Part shown: positions 27,419 through 36,027 of the stretch, piece by piece
How positions within the stretch are numbered: position 1 is the stretch's first letter
How the letters are laid out: the number at the start of each line of letters is the position of its first letter
NCBI GenBank assembly: GCA_964432565.1
Contig: CAYSOA010000004.1
Coordinates: 38,839 to 102,838 of the forward strand
Source: an uncultured Bacteriovorax sp.
Lineage (GTDB): Bacteria; Bdellovibrionota; UBA1018
Length of the DNA stretch: 64,000 bases
Reading direction: 5' to 3'
The notes under the pieces: generated by a model
Database searches by the model: none
The model's input: only the letters and a program-made list of their open reading frames with translations
What the model was told of the DNA's origin: nothing
Made by a program: the position numbers and the translations under genes

Positions 27419-27937
27419 GTGTCCCTTTCATCGAAGAACCTTCACCAAAACCACACTGGAATCACGCTGTTGGGCGGGATGGTCACCCTCGGCACGATTG
27501 CCTTATCGGTGTCTTTTCTGACCCAGTCCGCGCTGCACTCGCGGCGCACGAGTCAGGCCATCGAAAATCGGATTGATGCCTCGCTCGTGGCGAGCAACAT
27601 CCTGAATGCGATTGCAACCACTTCGACCGAAGGCATTCGAATCATGGCCGCCAGCGCTCCTGCCGACAGCTGGATCGACAAAACGAACCCAACACTAGCC
27701 TGGCTTGGCACGTGGGAATCGGCAGGAGGCGTACGGAATATTCGAGTGCGGTTTTCGGCGTTTCAGGTGCTTTCCAGCCCCACCCCCATGCTGAGCCCTG
27801 TTCCTTATCCCACGGCCATGCCCTCTCCCGCCTCGACACCCGAACCCTCGCACCAGGTCGATCTGGAGCTCGAGTTCTCGCGCGACTCCGGAAAAAGCTG
27901 GCAAACGTTTTCGGCCTCGAAGTGGGTGGCAAGGTGA
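27419..27937 (+). CDS. minor pilin/pseudopilin-like protein lacking Glu5 (GspK/PilX-like N-terminus)
   Basis: A GTG start leads into ...NHTG-ITLLGGMVTLGTIALSVSFL, a hydrophobic prepilin-like helix without E at +5. Its stop overlaps the next start (GTGA). Confidence 0.4.
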   Translation: MSLSSKNLHQNHTGITLLGGMVTLGTIALSVSFLTQSALHSRRTSQAIENRIDASLVASNILNAIATTSTEGIRIMAASAPADSWIDKTNPTLAWLGTWESAGGVRNIRVRFSAFQVLSSPTPMLSPVPYPTAMPSPASTPEPSHQVDLELEFSRDSGKSWQTFSASKWVAR

Positions 27938-28575
27938 ACACGCGGCAGGGTTACAGCACGGTCGAGCTGATTCTGGCGTCAGCGGTCACGCTTCTCGCGA
28001 CGATGATTCTTGGGCTTTCGATCACCTATTTCATCGGACAGGCCTCGCGACAGAAAGTTCAGATCGAACAAACGGCGCAGGCTCAGGCGTTTTTGCAGCT
28101 TTTGCGCAAAGACCTGGCATCGGCTTCCGATATCGCCGTCGATCCTCCGAGCTCGCAAGCTCCCACCGGGTTCAAGCTCACCCAGAAGATCCTGAGTGCG
28201 GGCGCTGTCACGACACGTGACACGACCTACACGATCGGTGGAGCCACCACCTGCACGACCTCCACCAAGAAATCTTTTGCCTGCATCCGCGTGCAGCGAA
28301 AATCCGGAGAGAATGCTCCGGTCGAATTACCGAACGTCGTGGCGTTCCGATGGTGCTCCGAAAAGCTGCGAGCCGGAACACATTCGGTGCCCGCCGATTG
28401 CGCGGCACTCACCGCGCTCAACCAGCCCCTTCCAGCCACCCCCGCCCGCTTCATCGGCGAGATCACCGTTTTGGCCCACCCCGAGCGACCCGCCGGAGAG
28501 CAGACCAAGGTCGTCCCTTTCATCTATGAAGCTGGCAATCTCGGCGCGAAGATCCAGGTCCTGAAGACCGAATGA
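27934..28575 (+). CDS. type IV pilin-like / pseudopilin protein (class III signal peptide)
   Basis: After a GTG start the N-terminus reads MNTRQG-YSTVELILASAVTLLATMI, the canonical G|(F/Y)xxxE prepilin motif. Conserved Cys residues follow in the C-terminal half. Confidence 0.65.
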   Translation: MNTRQGYSTVELILASAVTLLATMILGLSITYFIGQASRQKVQIEQTAQAQAFLQLLRKDLASASDIAVDPPSSQAPTGFKLTQKILSAGAVTTRDTTYTIGGATTCTTSTKKSFACIRVQRKSGENAPVELPNVVAFRWCSEKLRAGTHSVPADCAALTALNQPLPATPARFIGEITVLAHPERPAGEQTKVVPFIYEAGNLGAKIQVLKTE

Positions 28576-28642
28576 CACCCGAGCTTCCGAAGGGCTGACC
28601 GAGGCTTGTAGCACGCGAACTTTGCGCGCCGAATCTATCCAC

Positions 28643-29950
28643 TCAGTAGCGGTTTCTTCGTTCGGTCTCGCTCTTCAACAAGAGCGGATTGGAAATGATG
28701 CGGTCCCGCGCCGTTTCGGCCTCAAGACGCGAGGAATAGGTTCCCCAATAAAGACGAGCCGTTTTCCCGGAACGCTCCCTTTTCGTGAGATAAAGCCGAA
28801 ATTGCGACGTCCAGAAGCCCGGTTTCTGAGACTTCACGATCACATCCTCCACCGTGTAGATCGACCGACTGACCGTTGCTGGCTCAAGCGAATCGTCTCC
28901 GGCGTCGACATGAACCTCCTCGGGAAGACCCTCGAGAAGCATCTCCTTCATCAGCCTCAGCAGTTTTTCGCCGCCGGGTGAGTCGACCTCCCCTAGACCG
29001 AACACTTCATCGTAATAGCGATTATTCTTCAGACCAATCGTCAACTCTGGCGCCCGATAGATCTTCTCATCCTGAATCTCAAACGCGCCCTGCGACAAGC
29101 TGATGCGCTCCCACTGATAGAGCTTGCGCTTTTTGAGCTCAAGATCTCCTGCACGACCACCAGCCTTAGAGACATAGTCCTCGCGCTCAGTCTCGTTGCA
29201 GGCCAGAAGGCGCAGCTCTTCTCGACCCTCTTTCTCCTCTACGCAGTACCCTGAACCTCCCTTTTGAATCCACCCCCAGCAGGATTTAGATTCGAATTCG
29301 CGGCACTTCGGAAACTCGAGACGGCCGGAGTCGTTGGCCTGGGAGTATTCGATCCAGAAGTTGTTCTTTCCGGGCAGATACGGATCCCACAATCCGCTCG
29401 AGATCTCCTGATTGACTCGAACCTCGAGGTTCGGCACCGGCATCTCCTTCAGAAGCTGCTGGGTTCCCTCGCGAAGACGCGTCGGATCGTTGCCTCCCGA
29501 ACAGGCCGTATTGTCGACGCGCAGATCGATCTCGTACTTGCTCGCCGCCGGAAGAATATCCGTTCTCAGCCACTCGACGGTCTGGTTGGCGCTCGCCCAG
29601 TGTCCGACATAGCCGACGACGACCTTCTTCTGCCGAAAGCTCTCGTCCAGAAGGTCGGACAGTTCCGGAAGCTTTCCGGACTCGATGCGAAGCGTTTTTG
29701 CGCAGGACTGATGAGTGAACCAGATGCTGCACCCCAGCTTGAAGAAACCCTGCTGGCTCTTCGGAAACGAGCCGATCTCGCACACACAAAGGTCATTCTC
29801 GCGCACTTCAGCCTTGCGCTTCCAAAAGGCCGGGTCGCGACTGCCGTCATCAACGAATGGCTGTGAGGACACGGTTCCGGAAGGCACCGTCGAACAGCCC
29901 GCAAGGATGATGGTCGCTCCCCAAAGGCTCCACGTTGAAAAGTTGTGCAT
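28643..29950 (-). CDS. hypothetical lipoprotein with possible C-terminal SPOR-like domain
   Basis: The start was taken at MHNFSTW and the lipobox reads ILAGC. The C-terminus (YTVEDVIVKSQ...TARLYWGTYSSRLEAETARDRI) resembles a SPOR peptidoglycan-binding domain. Confidence 0.5.
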   Translation of the reverse strand: MHNFSTWSLWGATIILAGCSTVPSGTVSSQPFVDDGSRDPAFWKRKAEVRENDLCVCEIGSFPKSQQGFFKLGCSIWFTHQSCAKTLRIESGKLPELSDLLDESFRQKKVVVGYVGHWASANQTVEWLRTDILPAASKYEIDLRVDNTACSGGNDPTRLREGTQQLLKEMPVPNLEVRVNQEISSGLWDPYLPGKNNFWIEYSQANDSGRLEFPKCREFESKSCWGWIQKGGSGYCVEEKEGREELRLLACNETEREDYVSKAGGRAGDLELKKRKLYQWERISLSQGAFEIQDEKIYRAPELTIGLKNNRYYDEVFGLGEVDSPGGEKLLRLMKEMLLEGLPEEVHVDAGDDSLEPATVSRSIYTVEDVIVKSQKPGFWTSQFRLYLTKRERSGKTARLYWGTYSSRLEAETARDRIISNPLLLKSETERRNRY

Positions 29951-30066
29951 GGCAGCTCTCCTCCAAGTCAATAGACTCCAGCAAACGGATCGGCACGAGA
30001 CAAAGGTGGCACAAATCTTTTCGTCGAAGTCGACTCGTCTCGACAGACCCACCCCAATGGCCCGCA

Positions 30067-30828
30067 CTAGGGCGCTTTTTCTGGTGCCGGGCGAATCAAG
30101 TCGCGAAAATAGCCGTTAAAAAGATCTCCCTTTTCGTCGCCGTACAGGTCGACCGGATTGTACTTTCCGGGAGCAGGGCCGAACCGCTCGGCCTCAGAAA
30201 CAAAGAAAACGAGAGGATTGGTGGAGCTCGCCTGCTGCGTCGTCAGCCACTCGATCCATTCCTCGGCGCTCACGACCCGGCTGAGCTCTGAGTCGATGAC
30301 CCACCAGCCCCCTTCCTTTGCTGCGACCAGGGCGGCCACATGATGCCCCCAACCGCCAAGCATCGGACCGACTCCCCAGATCTTGAGTATCCGAGACCGG
30401 GCAAGTCCTCGCCGAAGCGCCTCGAGATGAACGGCCGTCGCCCGACCGAAACAAAAGCCGAAGTTTCCCTTGGGGTCATATCATTTGAGATGCCTCATCC
30501 CGGCGACTGGATGGCAGTTCAGGTACTCGAAAAGGTCTTGTGCCTCACGAAGCGACATCCCTCCCTCGCGTCGGGCAGGGGGCGGTAACTGAGCCCGCAG
30601 TGCTCTCGATAGGTCGTTGTTCCACTGCTCGACAGCCAAAAGCCCCTCGTCCCTGCGAAGCAGGCTCGAGCGCACGCTAAAAAAATCCTTCCCACTGGTG
30701 CGACCGACGACAGAGTCCAGCCATTCCGCGTTCATCCTCTGTTCCAGCCTCTCGAACAGGTCACTGCAGTCACTGGCATGAACGGCGGATCCAGCGACGA
30801 TGGAAACGACCATCAGCGCAAGCCTCAT
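30067..30828 (-). pseudogene. secreted transglutaminase-like (TGc) cysteine peptidase interrupted by an in-frame TGA
   Basis: ORFs 30481..30828 and 30067..30363 are in the same frame and separated only by a TGA (the complement of 30481-30483). The joined protein has a signal peptide (MRLALMVVSIVAGSAVHA) and a TGc core: GFCFG..LRRGLARSRI ... GHHVA ... GGWWVIDS (Cys-His-Asp). Confidence 0.55.
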
Positions 30829-31015
30829 CCCCAGTCCGTTCTTCACCGTTCGAAAGTGTTTGATCAGCAATCGTTTCGTCACAGCGTTTTCCGTCAAATC
30901 CTCGTCGGCCTTCAGGGGGGTTGGCATGAGTTTTTCTCGCTACTCCACACCACGCCTTTCAGGTCAGTGAAGACACAACTGATGCGTCCCCGACCGAGGG
31001 CCTATTCTCGAGAGC

Positions 31016-31483
31016 ATGAACCCTGCATCCGACGAATGGCGCATCTTTCTTCGTCACGCCCATCGCGAGCTTTTCGATCGCTCGCAGGACAACGGCCTCT
31101 CCGAGAAGGGACACCGTCAGGGCCGCAAGATCCAGGAATGGCTGAAAGAGCATTCACCCAAGCCCGATCGCGTGTTCTCGAGCCCGAAGCTGCGGTGCCT
31201 CGAGACCGCGGAGTATGTTGCGAAACTCTACGGACTCGAAGTCGAGATCCTACACGAGCTGGACGAGCAGCGCCCCGAGGAGAGCGACCAGGGCTTCAAG
31301 AATCGCGTGGCGAACTTCCTCGGCTCGAAACAGTGCCCGCCGCGCTCGGTCTTTTGCACGCATGGAGACGTCCTGCCGGAGCTGGCTCGACTTCTGGGCC
31401 TGCCGGGAGTCGACATTCACAAGGGCGATCTGTTCATCGAACGCGACGGCAGGATCGTCAGCACCAACCCGGTTCGGGCGTAA
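31016..31483 (+). CDS. histidine phosphatase superfamily protein (SixA-like phosphohistidine phosphatase)
   Basis: The N-terminus reads FLRHAHRE (the RHG/RHA motif), a conserved His lies near the C-terminus (FCTHGDV), and the length is 155 aa. Confidence 0.6.
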   Translation: MNPASDEWRIFLRHAHRELFDRSQDNGLSEKGHRQGRKIQEWLKEHSPKPDRVFSSPKLRCLETAEYVAKLYGLEVEILHELDEQRPEESDQGFKNRVANFLGSKQCPPRSVFCTHGDVLPELARLLGLPGVDIHKGDLFIERDGRIVSTNPVRA

Positions 31484-31767
31484 ATGGTCGGGCCCACCTT
31501 TTGGTTTCGGAACTGCGTCAAAACACGCAGGAGTGACTCAGAAATTCACCGTTCGGGTACGGACAGTCCTCGCTCCGCTTTGCGGAGCTGCGGAACTACC
31601 GAACGGATGAATTTCCGGATCACCCCTGCGCGCCTGCACGCCGGGATCCGGAAGAGTCGCGCCCGCGAGTTCCCTGCGCAGCAGGGTTGTCTGAAGCGGG
31701 CGTGCTCTTTCGGTCCGGGCCTGGAAGGTGGAAGGTGGGTCCGACCCTTTTGTGGTAAGTTCGAGCC

Positions 31768-33387
31768 ATGCCTACCGAAAGCCCCGTCCTCAAGTCGCAA
31801 GTGCAGACCTCTTCTGACGAGTTTCGCGCCAATGCCGAGCACCATCGGCAGCTCGCCGCCGAGCTCGAGGCCCGAACCGAGGAGGCCCGTGGGGGGGGCG
31901 GCAGAGAAGCCCGAGAACGACATCAGAGTCGTGGAAAACTTCTGGTTCGCGATCGTATTGGCGCACTGGTCGATCCGGGCACCTCGTTCCACGAACTCTC
32001 GGCGCGGGCGGCGAATGGGATGTATGACGGAGCCGCTCCCTCCGCCGGCGTTGTCACGGGAAACGGCGTCGTACATGGACGCGAGGTGGCCATCGTGGCC
32101 AACGACGCCACCGTCAAGGGCGGCACCTATTTTCCGATGACCGTGAAGAAGCACCTCCGCCTTCAGGAGATCGCTCGCGAGAACAGGCTTCCCTGCGTCT
32201 ATCTCGTTGACTCGGGCGGGGCCTACCTGCCGCTGCAGTCTGAAGTTTTTCCAGACCGAGACCACTTCGGACGCATCTTCTACAACCAGGCCTCGATGTC
32301 GGCCGAAGGCATCCCGCAGGTCGCCGTCGTCATGGGTTCCTGCACTGCAGGAGGCGCCTATGTCCCGGCAATGTCGGATGAAACCATCATTGTCAAAAAC
32401 CAGGGCACGATTTTTCTGGGCGGCCCTCCGCTCGTCAAGGCTGCAACCGGAGAAGTGGTCACGGCCGAAGAACTTGGCGGTGGAGACGTCCACTCGCGCA
32501 CGTCGGGAGTTACCGACCATCTGGCCGAGAATGATGAGCACGCTCTCGAGATCGCTCGTTCGGTACTGGCCCACCTGAATCGCCCGGCGCCGACCTCCTG
32601 CGACCGCCAGGCGGTCGAAGAGCCGCTCTACGATCCCGCAGAAATCGCAGGAATCCTTCCGCAGGACCTGCGCCAGCCCTTCGACGTCCGTGAAGTCATC
32701 GCTCGACTCGTCGACGGCTCGCGTTTTCATGAGTTCAAGGCGCTCTATGGCACGACGCTCGTCTGCGGCTTTGCCAATCTCTGGGGATACCCCGTGGGCA
32801 TCATCGCCAATAACGGCATCTTGTTCAGCGAGTCGGCCCTCAAGGGCGCGCATTTCGTCGAGCTGTGCTGCAAGCGCAAGATTCCGCTGATCTTTCTGCA
32901 GAACATCACAGGCTTCATGGTCGGCAGAAAGTACGAAACCGGTGGCATCGCCAAGGACGGGGCCAAGCTCGTCACCGCCGTTTCGAACGCCAGGGTGCCC
33001 AAGTTCACCGTCCTGATGGGCGGCAGCTATGGAGCCGGAAACTACGGCATGTGCGGACGCGCCTTTCAGCCGCGCTTTTTGTGGAGCTGGCCTAACTCCC
33101 GAATTTCGGTCATGGGCGGAGAGCAGGCTGCCAACGTCCTGTCGCAGGTCAAGATCGACCAACTTCAGGCGAAGGGAATGAAGCTCTCGCCGGAAGAAAT
33201 TGCGGCCATTCAGGATCCGGTTCGCGAAGCCTACGAACGCGAGGGAAATCCCTACTTCGCCACCGCTCGTCTGTGGGATGATGGAATCGTGATGCCGTGG
33301 AAGACGCGAGAGGCACTCGCGCGGGCTCTGTCGACGGTCTACAATGCCCCCATTCCCGAAACGGACTTCGGGGTCTTTCGAATGTAA
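31768..33387 (+). CDS. methylcrotonyl-CoA carboxylase beta subunit (carboxyltransferase)
   Basis: Carboxyltransferase N- and C-domains are recognisable across the 539 aa (e.g. ...[13 protein letters not shown]...). The long antisense ORF 31546..33450 was rejected. Confidence 0.85.
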   Translation: MPTESPVLKSQVQTSSDEFRANAEHHRQLAAELEARTEEARGGGGREARERHQSRGKLLVRDRIGALVDPGTSFHELSARAANGMYDGAAPSAGVVTGNGVVHGREVAIVANDATVKGGTYFPMTVKKHLRLQEIARENRLPCVYLVDSGGAYLPLQSEVFPDRDHFGRIFYNQASMSAEGIPQVAVVMGSCTAGGAYVPAMSDETIIVKNQGTIFLGGPPLVKAATGEVVTAEELGGGDVHSRTSGVTDHLAENDEHALEIARSVLAHLNRPAPTSCDRQAVEEPLYDPAEIAGILPQDLRQPFDVREVIARLVDGSRFHEFKALYGTTLVCGFANLWGYPVGIIANNGILFSESALKGAHFVELCCKRKIPLIFLQNITGFMVGRKYETGGIAKDGAKLVTAVSNARVPKFTVLMGGSYGAGNYGMCGRAFQPRFLWSWPNSRISVMGGEQAANVLSQVKIDQLQAKGMKLSPEEIAAIQDPVREAYEREGNPYFATARLWDDGIVMPWKTREALARALSTVYNAPIPETDFGVFRM

Positions 33388-33397
33388 GGACTTTGCC

Positions 33398-34624
33398 ATG
33401 AAGGATTGCTCGCCACGCCGAAACAGCCTGTTGAAGACGGGACTTGTCACTGCGGCGACGATCCTTCTGGCCGGATGTTCGCACTCTCCAGAAAGACTTC
33501 CGTCGTCTGAACCGTCCTCACGGGACGAGGCACTTTCGCGGTCCGAGGTACGCGCGCTCTATCCCGAGCTCACTCCCGCTCAGTTTCGCTCGAAACTCGA
33601 CGGAGCTGACACGCCCTACCGTTTTCTTCGTTCGTTTGCTCGCGTCTACTACAGAATTTTTGGGCGGTTACGAGAACGCCTCCCCACGAGCTTCTCGGCG
33701 GCTCTCGAAACGACCGGATGGTGCGCGGGAGATGCCCATCCCGAAAACTTCGGCACCCTCGTGGATGATCGTGGCCGCGCCAGCTTCACGCTGATCGATC
33801 TCGACGACACGGGCCCCTGCACGGTAGTTTCCGATCTTCTTCGCTTTCTGATCGCCGCCCGCCTCGCTGACCCCGACATGAACTCGAGCGAAGGAATGGA
33901 CGATCTGCTTGATGCCTACTTCGATGGCACTGAGGGCCGAGTCAAGCTGTCGATACCGGTGCGGGAGCTGCTCGATTCAGCAGCAGGGGATACAGACTTT
34001 AAAAAAAGCCTGGAGGTCGAGGGAGATGACGGAGAACCGCTGACCCGGAAGGTGGACGGCCAAGAGCTGGCCCGCCTCCGGCGGACGGCCAGAAAAGCAT
34101 TCGGAAACGTGACCGTCCGAAAGGCCACTCGCTATGCCAAGACCCGCGGAGGATCGGCGGGAATCCCCCGTTACCGAGTGGAACTCGGCGACCGATCGGT
34201 GCTCGAGTTTCGAACCCTGGTGGCTCCCGCCGTCTTTTTTGAGTCCAAGGACGCAGGCCCTCCCGCTTCCCACCCAGCCAGCCGGGACCCCCTCTTCCGC
34301 ATGAACGAAACCCTGAAAGCCACCGCACCGGCAGGACGATCCCGCTGGTTCAGCGTTCAAAAGCTGGGAGACGATTGGGTTTTGATTTCTCCCCGCTATC
34401 GGGGAATCGACACGATCGAACTGAAACGTGATTCGGAGGGCTCCCACAAGAACAGAAGAAAAATCCTGCGGGACGAGGCAGCCGTACTGGGCGACCTGCA
34501 TGCCCGAACCACCCCTGCCTTTCAGCGCACCGTAGAGGTGCTGCGGTCAATCCGAGCCCGCGACTGGGAACGCGCCGAGCTCCTGCTCCTGCGAGCCCTC
34601 GGGGGCAGCCCAGCCGAAAACTGA
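33398..34624 (+). CDS. DUF2252-like lipoprotein
   Basis: The lipobox reads LLAGC and a GDAHPENFG motif characteristic of the DUF2252 family is present. The start was taken at MKDCSP. Confidence 0.55.
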   Translation: MKDCSPRRNSLLKTGLVTAATILLAGCSHSPERLPSSEPSSRDEALSRSEVRALYPELTPAQFRSKLDGADTPYRFLRSFARVYYRIFGRLRERLPTSFSAALETTGWCAGDAHPENFGTLVDDRGRASFTLIDLDDTGPCTVVSDLLRFLIAARLADPDMNSSEGMDDLLDAYFDGTEGRVKLSIPVRELLDSAAGDTDFKKSLEVEGDDGEPLTRKVDGQELARLRRTARKAFGNVTVRKATRYAKTRGGSAGIPRYRVELGDRSVLEFRTLVAPAVFFESKDAGPPASHPASRDPLFRMNETLKATAPAGRSRWFSVQKLGDDWVLISPRYRGIDTIELKRDSEGSHKNRRKILRDEAAVLGDLHARTTPAFQRTVEVLRSIRARDWERAELLLLRALGGSPAEN

Positions 34625-34630
34625 AGGCAT

Positions 34631-34659
34631 AAAAAAAGCCGCCCCGTCTCCGGGGCGGC
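34631..34659. terminator. bidirectional intrinsic terminator between the DUF2252 gene (+) and hup (-)
   Basis: The sequence is AAAAAAA-GCCGCCCCG-tctc-CGGGGCGGC. Read on the minus strand, the hairpin is followed by a T-run. Confidence 0.7.
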
Positions 34660-34681
34660 CTCGAACGAAATTACGACGTTC

Positions 34682-34954
34682 TTACTTGATGGCGTCCTTA
34701 AACTCACGGCCGGGGCGGAACTTCGGCACCACCATTGCGGGAATCTTGATTTCCTTGCCGGTCTGGGGATTGCGTCCTGCGCGGGCCTGGCGCTTGGTCT
34801 TGGTGAAGGTTCCGAAACCGATCAGGGTCACGTCGTCGCCCTTCTTCACTGCCTTTTTGATCGAATCAATCGTGGCATTCAGCACGTTTTCGGCGTCCAC
34901 CTTCGTGACGTTGGCTGCTTTGGCGACGACTTCGATCAACTGGGCCTTATTCAT
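34682..34954 (-). CDS. hup: HU-family DNA-binding protein
   Basis: The sequence reads MNKAQLIEVVA...GFGTF...RNPQTGKEI...PKFRPG. The start was taken at MNKAQ, giving 90 aa. Confidence 0.9.
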   Translation of the reverse strand: MNKAQLIEVVAKAANVTKVDAENVLNATIDSIKKAVKKGDDVTLIGFGTFTKTKRQARAGRNPQTGKEIKIPAMVVPKFRPGREFKDAIK

Positions 34955-35170
34955 CTGCAATTTCCTCTTCTGCAAAAATTTTGGGTTCAACAACACAGCG
35001 GTGAATTAACGAGGAGCAAGCTTATGTTCAAAAAGCTCACGCGTGTCAATTCTCACGACCTGAAAAACGACCGTCAAGTTTTTAAAGCTGTCCGAATCGA
35101 CACGCGAAGATTCCACTTGCGAACCCGCCATGGCGGCCGCTATACGACTGACTCTTCGAAAATCTGGAGC

Positions 35171-35246
35171 GCCGATGTAGCTCAGTTGGTAGAGCAACGC
35201 TTTCGTAAAGCGTAGGTCACCGGTTCAAGTCCGGTCATCGGCTCCA
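35171..35246 (+). tRNA. tRNA-Thr (anticodon CGU)
   Basis: A cloverleaf was folded by hand: acceptor GCCGATG/CATCGGC, D-arm GCTCAGTTGGTAGAGC, anticodon stem ACGCT/AGCGT with loop TTCGTAA, T-arm ACCGGTTCAAGTCCGGT, discriminator U and an encoded CCA. The total is 76 nt. Confidence 0.85.
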
Positions 35247-35343
35247 CTCCTCAACTTATCCCCATCATCTCCCCACCGTTTTCTTTGGGGTCCTCACAAA
35301 ATGCAGGCTAGAATTCTCCTCAGGACACCCAAGGAGACCTGAC

Positions 35344-36021
35344 ATGAGCCAATTTTCAGCCTGGTTCGCCCTTCCCGCTGCCGCTCTCTTCGTTTCGTGC
35401 GCCAACCCGTACAAAGTGCGTGAGCTCAAAGACTCGAACCTCGAAAAGAAGGGCGAGTACCAGGGCGCCACGATCGGGCTCAATGGCGACCGCGAAGTGG
35501 TCATCGAAAAGCGCACTGAGGCCGACAGCGAGCTGCGGAAACTTGCGGCCAGTGCGTATGACCTTGAAGTAAAGCTTCTTCATGCCCACGAAGAGCTGAC
35601 TCGATGCCGCGAAGAACTCTCGGATCCGCGACTGGGCGGAAGCGGAAAGATCATCGAGATCCCCGAGATTGACGATCTCAAGCCGACGACTGCCATACAG
35701 GAGGAGTTCGGAATCACCTCGGATGGCAACCTGCGGTTCGTGCGAACCGAGAAGTTTCTCGATCGACTGAACTCTCAGCGCAAGTACAACGATATTCTTC
35801 GCGAGCAGCTCAAGCTCACCGAAAAGCATGAACGCAATTGCCTGCGCGACATGCGAGCCGCCCGGGTAAAGGCGGGCCTGCCAGGAGAGCGCTACGCGGG
35901 ACAGGGCAAATATCTGAACGGAAAATATGTTCAGACTCGCCGGGCCGAGAAGAACCTCGACGACGCTTTCGCGATCGCCTCCGAAGAGGCCGCTAAGGCG
36001 TCACAGTCGACCAAGGACTGA
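35344..36021 (+). CDS. hypothetical lipoprotein (coiled-coil rich)
   Basis: The lipobox reads LFVSC, and the body is charged and coiled-coil-like. Confidence 0.5.
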   Translation: MSQFSAWFALPAAALFVSCANPYKVRELKDSNLEKKGEYQGATIGLNGDREVVIEKRTEADSELRKLAASAYDLEVKLLHAHEELTRCREELSDPRLGGSGKIIEIPEIDDLKPTTAIQEEFGITSDGNLRFVRTEKFLDRLNSQRKYNDILREQLKLTEKHERNCLRDMRAARVKAGLPGERYAGQGKYLNGKYVQTRRAEKNLDDAFAIASEEAAKASQSTKD

Positions 36022-36027
36022 ACAGCG

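Noticed and set aside
30481-30483. I considered reading the in-frame TGA as selenocysteine.
   Set aside because: I left it as the less likely alternative. The codon is not at the catalytic Cys position of the TGc domain, and I saw no obvious SECIS-like hairpin in the 40 nt on the 3' side of the TGA (mRNA orientation). It is kept as a point to test, and a pseudogene or sequencing error is more likely.
31546-33450. A 634-aa ORF lies on the minus strand covering the MCC beta-subunit gene.
   Set aside because: It is antisense to a clearly conserved carboxyltransferase and has no recognisable motifs. Long spurious antisense ORFs are expected in high-GC DNA.
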